NCBI GenBank assembly: GCA_015680685.1
Contig: MNCI01001065.1
Span: forward strand, 1,805,612-1,869,611
Length of the DNA stretch: 64,000 nucleotides
Reading direction: 5' to 3'
Source of the DNA: Gnetum montanum
Taxonomy: Eukaryota; Plantae; Gnetophyta
A model generated the notes under the pieces. That model ran no database searches, was not told where the DNA came from, and saw only the letters and a list, made by a program, of their open reading frames with translations. This document shows positions 49,660 through 63,056 of the stretch, piece by piece. Position 1 is the first letter of the stretch. Every line of letters starts with the position of its first letter. The position numbers and the translations under genes are program-made.

Positions 49660-52530
49660 TGTCTTCTTCTCATAAGAGCAACTCATCATCTAAGGACCAT
49701 ACACAAGACAGTCGGCAACATAAAACACATAGCAGAAATCAGCCAAGTCCTAAACAATAAAAGATAGTTTATACTCATCCTGATGAGTATATTCCAAACT
49801 TTACCTTTATCCTCCATCAAGATGAATAGCTACGATAGAGAGATTTTCAAGGTAACATCATGTTACCCCCAAATCGATCAGTCTCTAACATGCTTTTCCA
49901 TGCCTTGGCACAGATAGGCATGACTGAATTGTATGCTAAATACATTGTGGAAGACTTTGATATGAGGGATTATCATCCCATAGATGCACAACGTATGAGG
50001 GACTTAAGGTAGNNNNNNNNNNNNNNNNNNNNNNNNNNNNNNNNNNNNNNNNNNNNNNNNNNNNNNNAGATAGACAAAACGAGAGACCTCGACGGGAAAG
50101 TCGAGAGAGAGGACAAGGGCAAGGACATAGGGAGAGTAGGGAACAACACAGAAATCATAGGCATCATGAAAGAGATGATTATGATGAACCCCTACTCACA
50201 ACCCGAAGTATGATTGACATAACAAAGGCAGTTAGGATTCCCACAAGGCATTTAAAAGATAGTCGGATCAAACGTTTAGACATGAACAATATCCCACAAT
50301 TTGAAGGGGGATACAATGCTGATCTGAAAAATCATTTACAGGAATTCCACGATGCATGTGCCTTGCAGAATATAGAAAATGAGTGGCAAAAACTTAAGTT
50401 GTTCCCAAGGACACTCACCAAAGAAGTAGAGAGTTGGTACCAGTCCTTAGAACCGAAAACCATCAGGAGGTGGAGTACGATGCTAGAACTATTCAACGAT
50501 AAGTATCAGACGTACTCCAGAGTGTCCAATTTGCGTAAGCAGATCCAAGGCTAGAAGCAAGGTATTTGTGAACCTTTGGATGCTGCCATGGCCCATTACT
50601 ACACATTGTTACATCGTTGCCTGGGCCATGGGTATGCTCAATAGGATCAACTTCTCCACATCGTGGATGGGCTTAGGCATGAAACTAGAAGAACCCTTGG
50701 GACTTATGCCCAAGGGAGACTCTCACAACTTAGAGCCCATGAAGTACATCGCTTGTTGGAACAAGTAGCAAAAGAAGAAGGTGAGCTACAAAAAAGGAAA
50801 AATGCGGAAGAATACAACTGTGATCCCTCTCTTCGAAAAAAGGGAGTAAAATTTTGCGATGAAGAGGATAAGTCACCAATCGAAGAGTTGGTGAACAAGA
50901 AAACCTTGCCAATTCAAAAGTTAACAACAGAAATAGCAGCTAAGGTAGATGACGTATGGAATTCCTTAGACTCTAAAATTAAAATTGTCTTATAAATTGT
51001 AGAAGAGTCTAAGGTAGAACAAAGTAGTGACAAAGGTAAGCAAAGTGGAGAGATTTAGGCCCTACACATAACAAGGGTAACGGGAAAATCACTAACTCCG
51101 ATGTGGCTATAGACTCCAACACAGCCGATGACGGTGGATGTGAGATCTGCCAATATGACCATCCTAAGGGATGTTGTCCAATTATCTCACATCTACAGGA
51201 GTCTGGGGTGTGTGCACTTAATCCAAGACTTAATCAACGGCAAACACCCCGAAGGTTACCTTATCCACAAGGTAACCCAAGGCAATTCCACCAACCCTTA
51301 ATGTATTATCCAAGTGGAACTCCACAACAACCCATCGGACAGCATCAGCAGTGGCAATACCCACAACTATGAGGGATGCCATCACCGAAACATCAGTACC
51401 CTTACTGGTAGCCTGACCCTTATGGATATTATGTGCAGCAGCCGATTTCTCCAAGTAACTCTATGAGTCACACAGCCCCCCACCATCACTACCAAGTTCA
51501 GGAGTACTTCAGAAGGACTCCTTCTTCTCCGGGAGATACTCCATACCCACACCATCCTCCAAATCCATCCACACCTCTTCCACAAGTAGTTCCCATAACA
51601 CCTCCTGTTCCAACAATGCAAGGGGAACTTCCTACTCAACCGTAGCAACGTCACATTCCGAGAGCTGTAAATATTCAACTTGCTGCTAGTTCTGACAATT
51701 GTAAAAAAAGAAGATCCTTCTTCAGAACCAAAAGCCCAGACAAACTCTCGTAACAACAAGCGATTGAGCCCATGTACACTCCTCCACCATCTAATACTTC
51801 GGAGCACCCTTCAGTTGAACATTAGAGCCTAACGCATACGGTTATGTTAATGCATACCATAACCGACTGAATCAAGGTAAGCCACCTTCCCAGGAAATTA
51901 ACTAATCCTGGAAGTCCCTTAATCTACCTTCAGGTTGCTAGAAATGAACCACATAGGGCTCTTCTTGACTCAGGTTCCAAAGTCAACTTAATTTCACGAG
52001 AGATGTATCATGCCTAGAACCTACCCCAACTTAAGAAGAGCAACATTCAACTAGAGCTGGCAGACCAGTCCATCACCATTCCCTTGGGATTGGTGAAGGA
52101 TATCATTACCACTGTGTGTGGTTGGTCTTACCCAGCTGATTTCCTGGTGATTGAAGTCAACAACAACAAAGGGGACTTCCCAATTATAATGGGAAGGGCA
52201 TGGCTTAGTACAGTAGATGCATGCCTTAGGATCCGTGATCTTTCCTTGGAAATTTCTAAGATAAATATTAATGGTAAGATCAGAAGAGGAAAGTTCCATG
52301 CATCACATACAATGATTCATCGGGTGATAACATGGAGGAAATGCCTCCATGTAACAGGTATGCCCTTGAAACATTGAAACAAAGATGCCTGTATGTAGCA
52401 ACCACACAACCAATAGTAGACCCATGGTTGACAGCTACTAGAACGAGCAGAAAAATATGCATGGAACGAACTAAGGAGACCAGCCATGCCAACAATGAAG
52501 GCATAGACACATTGGAACATGAGTGTCGCT
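49660..52530 (+). pseudogene. gag: gag and aspartic protease of element C
   Basis: IPQFEGGYNADLKNHLQEFHDAC...LKLFPRTL...SWY; CEICQYDHPKGCC; protease ALLDSGSKVNLI...PIIMGRAWL. Confidence 0.88.
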
Positions 52531-54528
52531 AACTTCCATCCCTTAATCTAGGATCATCAATTGGGAGAACTTGGGCACTTCTACAAAATTCAAATAGGTG
52601 CTCATTATCTCGAATCTCTCCCTTTCCACTCAGTCATGGGGGAGATGGCCACCTATGCTAATCATATGGAGCCCTCAATTCTTTTAAGTTTTTTTTTCAC
52701 ATTTTTGTTTTACACGTTTTTGTTTTACAACATTTTTATCTTACACATTTTTGTTTTACAAATTTCTTTAACTTTTCTAGTTTTTGTTTTACAAATTTCT
52801 TTAACTTTTCTTATTGTTTTTGTTTTACAACATCGTTATACTTTTTTATTTTGTGTGTGTGTGTGTGTGTGTGATCCACCTTGTAAGTTTGTCACCCAAT
52901 AAGTGTTCGAAATGATGGTATGAACTGTTTTCATATTGATTGCTAATGTTTGGTTTTTACCTTTAAGTCACAATGTTGATACTAAGGTATGTTCTTTTGA
53001 TATGATAGGCAATGAGTTCACTTCATCCATCCATCCACAACATTCTATGGTCTCTCTTGGCTTGGAAATGTACAATCCCTTTCATAATAAAAAGTTTAAC
53101 GAATCGGTAACTGGGCATTTCTCAAACTAAAGAAGGACTTAAGGTTTGAAAAGGGTATGACTTCAAGGGAACTTGATGCTTTTGTGTTGGCCATTCTCTT
53201 GGGTGCTTGGATGTTTTCTTNNNNNNNNNNNNNNNNNNNNNNNNNNNNNNNNNNNNNNNNNNNNNNNNNNNNNNNNNNNNNNNNNNNNNNNNNNNNNNNN
53301 NNNNNNNNNNNNNNNNNNNNNNNNNNNNNNNNNNNNNNNNNNNNNNNNNNNNNNNNNNNNNNNNNNNNNNNNNNNNNNNNNNNNNNNNNNNNNNNNNNNN
53401 NNNNNNNNNNNNNNNNNNNNNNNNNNNNNNNNNNNNNNNNNNNNNNNNNNNNNNNNNNNNNNNNNNNNNNNNNNNNNNNNNNNNNNNNNNNNNNNNNNNN
53501 NNNNNNNNNNNNNNNNNNNNNNNNNNNNNNNNNNNNNNNNNNNNNNNNNNNNNNNNNNNNNNNNNNNNNATCCTTCTCTCCCTTATTCACCTCATTGCTG
53601 ATTGTACCATTAGTGTATATTTTGGTAGATGCATTTTTTTCTTTTTGGTAAATTCTTGCGGTTAAGACTTTAACTCTTGTTCCAATTGACATTCCCAGAG
53701 CCTACGGACTCTTTGAATGTGGGTTTGTCAAGGCATTAAGGGCATGAACCTGCTTTGAGGAGGACCCACTGACATTCCTATTTGGAGCATTAGTTAAATT
53801 CTTTCCCTTAACATTTGTAGTTAATTTTATTTTGTTCATTTCCATCCTAACATCCATTTCATCGATGACATAGTTGTCCCTTTTTATCTATCTTTCTTAC
53901 TCCTTTTCTTTCTTCATTCTAATGCTACTAGAGGTTCACAATTAGTCATGGGGGTACGGGGCCCCATTTTTTTCGATTTTCTCCTAGCCCCAAACTTTTT
54001 GATTTTCTTCCTAACCCCTACACCTTCAGTAATCATCATTACTATATCTCCCAATCCATATCAACCATACCACAACCTAGCCAATGAACTTACACCATAG
54101 CAAGGTATTAATTACATGATGATTCATTTACCCTTGCTAATATAAGATTGTGTTGTGTGTGCAGATGGCGATCATACAACAACAGATTGGATCTGGAGCA
54201 AACACTTGGAATGGAGCAACGCTGGAAGAAACTATGCAAGGAGCAATATGGATAGCACACTTACCGATGGACAACGAAAGATGAAATCTTGGCATTGGCA
54301 GCAGCAACACTTCTTTCTCTCTCTCTCTTTCTTAGCTGCCAACTAAGGCCTGATGTCATTGTAATAAGGTGTTCACCCTTGTTGTCATGAACACCAGTTT
54401 TGTCAAGTCTTGTAATGATGATCTGTTCACATGTCATCCCATTAGTTCCATTCCCCTCAATAATCCCATACCTTCCCAATATTATTGTAAGGAACTCGAG
54501 GATAAGTTCTCATTCAGTCATGGGGGTA

Positions 54529-55501
54529 TGATGAGACACGATTCGCATGAGCCACGATATCGCATCCCATGCGATATCGCGTACACGATATCGCATTGTC
54601 CCTTGCGATGTCGCGTACGCAATATCACGGTCCACCACCAAATCTATAAATAAGAGGCAACACTCCCCTTATTTCCCATCCTAGTTTAGAAGTAGGGAAA
54701 CTCTGGTAGTTTGATCACTCCAAAGATAGAATATTTTCCATGTGCCCGCAATAGGATTCCCAAAGTGAACGAATCTTTATTCGAGCAACATTGTACCTGA
54801 ACACAAGTTGTGTACGGCAATAAAGACGAGCTTTCCGGATAAACCTTGTAATGCATGGAATAGGATTTTATTTATTGTTTTCTCTCTCACCCTTAAACTC
54901 CTAGAATGTGGTATGAGTACGACTTGATTATGAGCATCTAGGGATGTGTACGAATAGTCAAGGAATCGGCTNGGCATATCCAGGATCTACACTTGGTAAT
55001 CCCAATGGTAGTCCCAGATGTGTACGTTTAGTCAAGGAATTGGCTGCTCATCGCACGTAGGCTAGATAGATTCTCTCAACCCTTTCCTCCTAGTTAAGTG
55101 CCTCAGTATGACCACTTCGAGCACGTGCGTTACACGTGGTGATCCTAGCAACGATTAGCATTTGGTAGCCATGGTTGCATCGGTTCAGGGTGTGTACAAT
55201 AAGTGGGAACGGATGCTGATGCTAGGTAATTTAGACTTAGTCATTACTTAGAGTTAGTTAGTTTCTCAACCCTTCACCTCAATAGCATAGGAGAAAAATA
55301 TAAAAGACCATAAAAATCATATACCTCGGACTTACTTAACCATACACCATGACAACCACAAGTAATTTTGGGAAGACAACGAATGATTAACCCCAACTGT
55401 TCTATGGGGCGTGTAGGCACTTACTCTGCAGAGTTTGACCAAATCATGTGTGCTACACTCGTTTCCTATGGTTGAGTGTAGGGGTACCTCGCCACTCATC
55501 A
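54529..55501 (+). repeat. 3' LTR of element C
   Basis: Follows the PPT, ends CTCATCA and is followed by the TSD TAAAG. Confidence 0.93.
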
Positions 55502-58497
55502 TAAAGAAAAATGTGTCAAACTTGAGGATAGAAAAAAATATAAAGTTGAAAATATAAAAAATAAATTTAATGTTAATTAAGAATGATAAAATGATAGTAA
55601 AGAAACTAAATAGGACATAAACTTTTGTTAATATGTTTACTTGTACAACAAGATGTATTGATCAGTAAAAATAGATAGTTCATAAAGAAAATTCTTCCTT
55701 ATCTAATAAGAATAATATTAACTCAAAATTAAAACTTATGTTGATTAGTGGGTAGATTCTTAATGTAAGGTCAATCATGATGGATAGTATGTGTCATCAG
55801 ATCTTCCTTTCATATGAAAGTTACTATTTCTTCAAAGCTTTCTACTGTTACCTCAAATCCTTTTGCTATTTAAGTACAAACTCAAATGTTGAAAGGGATG
55901 TAAATGTTAGAACTGAGTCCATCCTCCCTACTAATAATTAATTTTTTTCTCTTGATTTCTCAAAGGATCAATTGTAATGTTGTACACTTAAAATTGGAAA
56001 GCTTTTTCTTTCCATCTTTTTGGTGTTTTCTCCTTCAGCATGTAATGACCTATACATTTTTTGCTATTATTCTTCTTATTATTATTCAAGTCTAACACAC
56101 CACACACACCCCCCCCACCCCCACCAAAATAAATAAACAGCAAATTAAAACCTTGGGTTTAAATTATGTAGTATACAATGCAACATATGAGAAAGACTAT
56201 TGATTTTTGTTATATTAAACAAATGCTATTTTCATTTTGTTACTATAAAATTATTCAAGAAATTATTACTTAATTCTTTAAAATGTGTAGAACCCCTCAA
56301 TTTAAGCTACTTTTTATGGTAAATGTATTGGCATTCCATGTTACAAGTTATGGATTTAAAAAAAAAATTGTTGTCTAATAAATCCAACAAGATCTATAAA
56401 TAAATAAAAATACGATTTCTATTACAATATATTTCCAAAAGATAAAAAAAACTTTAAAGTAAAACATTACTATTAAAAGGAAGTGAAGGTGTTGGAATTG
56501 AAAAAATGATTATAAATACACCCCAAAAGTTATAGTCAACATGATACTTTAGACTAGATAATGTAAAAAATTAGTTTTAGTATCTTTAGGGTGTGCTTGG
56601 TTTCCCAATTCTTAGAGTGTTGCTTTTGCAAATTCCACCCATCACCTAGAGCCACAATACTCACCCTAATAAGTGAGGTCTTAGGAGGGTTGGTAGATGA
56701 GCAAAAACATAACCTCTTTGAGTGGTCACATCCAAGCTCGAGTCTAGGTCTTCAACTTGAGAAATAGGCACCTTATCCATGGTATTTAGAAAATTATTTG
56801 GTTTCAATTGGTTTCATAAAGTTTTACTTGGATGTATCTTTGATTTTTGTTCAATCCACCATGTCTATTGTTTTCTAAATTCTTTTTAGATTTTATACTT
56901 AGAGATGAAATGTCATCAAATTCATGAATGTGATGACACAACATCTTTACACATTAATCATCCATGAATTCACCCAATTTAGGACCCTAACCGTACCTAG
57001 CCCATATCTTCTATCACTTTTTGTCATCAAATTAGAATTTTAACTAATTTTTAATGATAAGTAAATATCACATAAAATAGCTTTGTAAAAGATGTACCTT
57101 GGGATGATGTCTTACATAGAATCTAACGTTACCAATGCATTCAAGATGTTTAAAAACACTACATTTAACTCTTGGCTCACTAGAATCAAAGCTAGTGTTC
57201 AAAATATCAAATTTTCTATTTTCTAAAAAGTCACATGAGTTATAGATTAGAGTATAACTATCCATTTTGGCTAGTAAAAGGCTTTTAACATGAGCATTTG
57301 GAGAAAAGAGAGAGCATATTGATTCAACACTCCCCAAAGAGAGAATATATTGCAACATTATGAGCAAGAAAAGAAGCCAATAGAAGTTATTTTATTATTT
57401 TTATTATTAAACTAAGATTTCTTTTAATGTACTTTAATACTTACTATATTTTTTGAAGTTAAACTCATATCTAAAATGATCATAACATAAATGAGATAGG
57501 TAGGGATTGAAACCCAGAAATTGAATATGTGCAATAAATTGATAATGACTATAATTGAATTCTACTGTCCAATAAGTGACTTCTTTATCATCTTTGATCC
57601 TTCCAAACCAATAACCTTCCTAAAGATAACAATGAACACAAACAAAAGAATCTAACAATTAAACAAAATTCTTTGTTTGGATCTTTCAAACTAAAACCTA
57701 CTTATGTTTTATTACAATTGCTTCATTGGTATAGTTTATAAGTCATCATTTCAAACATTGTCCAAGAAAATGAGAATACCCATCATCCTAAGCTAATAAA
57801 ATGGAAAATTTCATATATAGACAGCACTAAAACCATAGTTTATAAAGCAATGAATCATAGACAGGAATTAAAATCCAATTGTTAGAATTTCTTTATTAGA
57901 AAAACTTTCTAAGCTAGTAGTATTATCAAAAAAATGTTTATGCCTAACATGCTGAAGCTGATATAGGGAAAAAATCATAACTAGCAATTCTAAAAACTAC
58001 AACTCATAAAACAATGAACATGATTAATACAAATAGGAATTGAACATGCTCAAAAATAGATATATCTAAGATCCTACGGCCAACAGAAGGGAAAACATCA
58101 TAACCTAATGATTTGTTTATTCAAATGGAAAAAATGAATAAATCAAATAGGGATGATAAAAAATAGGCATGCAGAAAACTTAGTTTAGAGAACACCAGAC
58201 ATCATTTACATGAAAGACAGTATCAAAACACTTAAATAATGCCTCCTAAAATATTTAAGAGTCTTATCCATGACTTAAGAAAACACTACTCAAGGATGCC
58301 TCCATATAAAGCAACTTCATAGATTTTTATTCATTCTAAAAATCGATGATATTATATGTTATTAATAATCACAAGTATTTATAAGTAAAGTGACAGAAGG
58401 CTAGTTTTTGAAGCCATTACAAGGAAGGAAAACCAAATTCTCCATAAAATACTAGAAACTAGAACCAAATTCTTCAGCGAACCCAAACTAGACTTAC

Positions 58498-59035
58498 CTC
58501 AAACATTTGATGCCACCTCCCATCGATCCATTCATGTCAGACATGTAGTTGCACATGAGAATAGGAAGACCAAGTGGCTATCAGGAAAAAACACCAAAAA
58601 TCGAGGCTCAAAACAATTGATCTAGAGTTTGATGATGTCTCCATGCCACCTGCAATCTAAATCATAAGCCTCAACTTTATGTCCCACATAAAGCTCCTCC
58701 AACAGAGGACACCTCGGTGAAATAGGATAGATTTGAGATGTACGAACAACTTCTACCAAAGGTTCTCCTCCAACCCTTACCATGAATTTCTTATATTGAA
58801 CCTTGAAAGCCCTAACCTATCATGTTTCATCCCTAATTTTATCCAAAATATTGCATTCAAACCAAGTGCCCTTGAAACCCTCTTCTTGACTACATGCTTC
58901 CACTCTGCTCCCGATTTTCCACTCCATTCTCTTTTGCAGAATCAAATTCATCCCAAAACCCTCTTCACAGCTGCATGCTTCCACTCTAGTTGCAATTTTC
59001 CACTCTATTCTATTTTGTAGAATCAAATTCATTAT
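58498..59035 (-). pseudogene. Tandem Agenet (plant Tudor-like) domain exon, pseudogenised
   Basis: WKIGSRVEACSQEEGFKGTWFECNI...FKVQYKKF...GEPLVEVVRTSQIYP.SP...VGHKVEAYD..RWHG.I...LVFFP...EWIDGRW, followed by the donor GAG|GTAAGT; has frameshifts and a stop. Confidence 0.8.
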
Positions 59036-59240
59036 GGAAATTTTGGGTAGGGCCACAAACTGTGGAAATTTTGAATTCATTAGGGAAATTTGTGAGGGGG
59101 TGGAAATTTTCAATTCATTACAAAAATTTGGGGGGGAGGGTGGGGATGCAGTGGGGGGAAAATTTTGAAGTCATTGTGGAAATTTTGGTTTGGGGGGAGG
59201 GGGCGGATTTTGAATTCATTGTGGAATATTTGGTGGGTGG
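59030..59240. repeat. Degenerate short tandem repeats with G-runs
   Basis: About five copies of (T)GTGGAAATTTTG(AATTCATT) interspersed with GGGGG tracts. Confidence 0.55.
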
Positions 59241-59499
59241 CAAGAGGGGCAGGGTTGTTAAGGTGAGCCACCAACAGAGAAAAAAAAACTTAAAACTAAA
59301 GCCTTAATAAAGCCCAAAACTACAAGATGACCTCCCAATCACCTACAACAAAACAAAAGCTTATCGCACCCCTAAGGACAAAAGCTAAAAACCAAAATAG
59401 GCAATTCAAAAGGGACACCCCTTAAGAGAAAGTAATATTATTGGTAAAACGTAGTTCTTGACATTAAAGTTGAGGATTACTAACAATAAAGCATTTCAT

Positions 59500-62400
59500 A
59501 CTATAGTCAAATTAAGTGTGGTGGGTGTTTTGATATCACACATCTAGACAACATTTCCAAATAAAGAAAATAATCTCAAATAAGAGGATTTTCCAAGCCT
59601 TTCAAAGGTGTCGCTTAACATAGTCATCTTGGAAGATACATAGAGGAAAATCAATAGACTAGTTAGAAATAAAAACCTGGAGATACTAACACCACTTTCA
59701 AATTTGTTGAGAGAACAAGAATTCACAAAAAACATGCATAAAAGAGTCATTAGCTTGACAAATGGTGCATTTAGGGCAATCGGCTCCTAAGAAAAGAAGC
59801 CTATGTCTAATGGGAAGACCTTGATGAATCAAGGACCAAAAAAGGAAATGATGCTTAGGTTGGGCCTTGGAAGTCCAAACACAATAAAAAATAGCTTTCC
59901 AATGGTGATCCTTAAGATGCTCACTCCATCTTCTATTTTAAATGAAAAGTTGGAATTCTTGTGCATGAAACCAAGATTTGGCTTTAGAAAGGCACAGGGA
60001 ATGCAGAGGAGAACCATCAACCAAAACCAGTCATCATACCAAGGAGTATTATTGTGCAGCTTAAGAACACCAAAGTTGGAAAGAACATGCTTAATGCACT
60101 GGTAAATAAAAGTATCTTGTCTTTGAAACCCCCATTTAACTTTGGCATGTTGCCAAGAGAGGGTAGTAGAATCATTCCTAATAGAAAATAACTGAACAAC
60201 ATGATAGAGATTACGACCAGCAAAACGATTGGCTTTGTGAGAATTCTTCGTAAAGACAACCCAAACTCTTTTTGAAAATAGGAGACCACTAAATGGAGTG
60301 CATTGACAAAGAGTTCAAGCTTAACTAGGTAGGCTTCCATTGCAAAAAGCCTTTAAGTTGGCTCTAACACTGCCAAATTTGCTTGAACAAGAAAGAACCT
60401 ATAATCTTCTCAAAACATTTGTTGATGATCCAATTTCTCCAATGAGTGTTTTTCCATCTTTGGTGATTACCAAGACAAGAAATATTATGCCTAAAAAGGA
60501 TCTTCCAAGTGTCATCTCCTTTTATACAATGAGTGACCCACTTGGAGGCTAAGAGAATACTTTGGTGCTCAATAGAGGGAAGGCTTAAGCCCCTGTGTTT
60601 CTTGCTTAAAATGCAAATATCCCAAGCGACTTGATGAAAAGCTTTGTAATTGTCCTTATCCCCCCATAAAAAATTTCTAAGAATTTTGTTGATGCTCTAA
60701 AAGGAAGATTTGGAATGAGTCATGAAGGAAGAGTAGTACACATGAGTGGAGCTCAAGATATGGTTAGCCATGATAAATCTACCTACAAGAGATAAGGGTT
60801 TAGAAGTCAATTTCAAAGCTTCATATTTCACTTTTTCCACCACATTATTCCATAAGGTAGTGGAAGTAGAGAATAAAGTTATGAGGATACCCAAAAGGGT
60901 GAAAACACCTGTAGGAGAAAGCCACTTGATATTAAAATGATAAGTCCAAGTAGGCCTTGGAAAGAAGCTAGACCAAACAGCTTGCATTTTGTTCCAATTA
61001 ATTTTAGCTCCTAAGGCTCTATAATAGATGCCAACACAATCCAAGGCAATGTTAAAATTATTATGGTCCTCAAGCAAAGTGAGAAAAGTGTCATCCAAAA
61101 ACTAGCTATAAATGAGTTCTTTTCCTTCTTATGGAAGAGAGATACCTCTTAACCTCACAGAATCATTGTGAGTTCTAAGAATAACTCCAAGAGCATCAGT
61201 AGCAAGGATAAAAAGATAAGGAGCTAATGGGCATCCTTGTCGTACTGATTTTTTAAGCTCAATAACCTTAGAAAAGGTTCCATTAATACAAATAACTAAA
61301 GAGGCCTCTGATAAGACAAGATCGATATGTCTATCAAAAATAGCACCTAAGTTATGATGCTTAACTACACTTCTTAAAAAGTACCAATCAAGCATGTCAT
61401 AAGCTTTCACAAAATTGAGCTTAAGAAGAATGGTTTTTTGATCACTGGAAGAAGCCTAATGAAAGCCCTCAATAGTAGTAATGACATTGTCTAAGATATA
61501 CATGCCTTAAATAAAACTTGTTTGCTCTTTACCGATGAGATGAGGAAGAAAGGTTTTAAATTTATTGTTATAGCTTTAGCAACAATTTTGTAGATAATAT
61601 TTAAAAGAATGATAAGGCACTAGTTGCTAATGCACATACGATCTCCTAACTTGAGTAGAAGCTTAATAATACTGGCATTGATCACTTTACCAAAAGAACC
61701 TTTCCTAAGAGCTTCCTTATACACACTATAGACAATATCTTGAAGAGTGGGCTAGAATTTCTTAAAAAAATTTGAAGGAAGACCATCCATATTAGGGGCT
61801 TTGCCATCATGAAGTTATTGAAGAGCCTTACCAAGATCCTATTTAGAAAGAAGAGTAGCATCACCAAAGATGAAATGATTAGAAGGAGCAATAACTCCTA
61901 AGTAAGTATTAATTACAATGGGATCAATATCTTCTTTACGAAAAGTCCTAGAGTAAAAATCAAAGAAACCTATAATATGTAAGTCTTGGAACTGATGATA
62001 TTATCATCAACTTGAATAGCTTGAATTTTAGGGAACAGGTGTTCCCCCTTTGAGGAGACAAAAAAAATCTTTAGTAGCCTAGTCACCCATATGATGCCAA
62101 GAAAGATGGGTGCAAAGGGAAGCACCTCTAGCTTCATGGTAATCCATAATACGCATGTTCCCCTTGGCAATTTGCAAGAGACAAAATTGAACCTTAGTAG
62201 CTTCACCTCTATTAATAGCATTTTGTAATAAGGATATTTTCTTATGAAGGTTGGACTTATGAGAATGTAGTTGAGAAGCCACCAATTTACCTGCATGTTT
62301 GGAAAACCGCTGGAGGTGAGTACAAGCGTTAGTCCACCAATCAATCCAACCAGCTTCTCCAAGTGGTTTAGGATGCAGATTCCATATTTGCATCAATAAA
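59500..62400 (-). mobile_element. Degenerate, 5'-truncated L1/Tx1-type LINE ORF2 (reverse transcriptase)
   Basis: KAYDMLDW, SVRQGCPLAPYLFIL, FLDDT (at the YADD position), GAKINWNK, LSLVGRFIMANHILSS; boundaries approximate. Confidence 0.88.
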
Positions 62401-63056
62401 AAGCAAAGGTGGGTCCTCTACTCTGTAGATCTTTTTCTTTTGTAATTTGAATGTTGCTTTCATTGTAGTAAAATGGCTATTTTGCTATAGTTTTGGATGT
62501 GTTTTTATGGTATTTCTGTAAGACTTGTAATATGATTTAGACAAAAATGTTTTACAATTGTGGGTTATGATTTTTGAGGAATGTAACACGAAAATGTCCA
62601 AAATGCAGTAGCTACTGGAACACACACGTTAAGAGACCATTTTTTCATCTAAAGTTCAAAAACTGCATGCCATGGGCACTTTTTTATTTTCCCTCATTTT
62701 TCTTTCAATTTTTTGCTTCTCTCTAGCAAACCCAATGATGTAGGTAAACCTTGGGAAATGATTTGGCCCTTGAAATCCACAATGTAATAAATAAATGTTT
62801 GGCCAATGAAATCATTACATATTAAATAAAAGTCATTAACAACTTCAAAATCTAGCAATTACCTTCTACTTTTATACTTTTTTTCATGAAACTTAGAAAC
62901 TCTACTTCATTATTTTTTTAGTAAATGAATAGTTTTTATTAGAAAGTTAGAATAAAACCAAAATTAGTTGATTCTCTAAATCAATTAGTGCATAATTTTG
63001 TGAATCAACTTACCAAAATTAGTTGATACTAAAAATCAATTTCTATCATCAATATC

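Larger units (their letters stand above)
48104..55501 (+). mobile_element. Complete but non-autonomous Athila-like element (C): gag-PR only
   Basis: LTRs 48104-49517 and 54529-55501 (TGATGAGAC...CTCATCA); TSD TAAAG on both sides; PBS TGGCACCATTGTCGGGGA at 49519-49536; PPT-like AGTCATGGGGGTA. Confidence 0.93.

Noticed and set aside
52853-52872. (GT)n microsatellite and T-rich duplications
   Set aside because: Ordinary low-complexity sequence in an Athila-like non-coding region.
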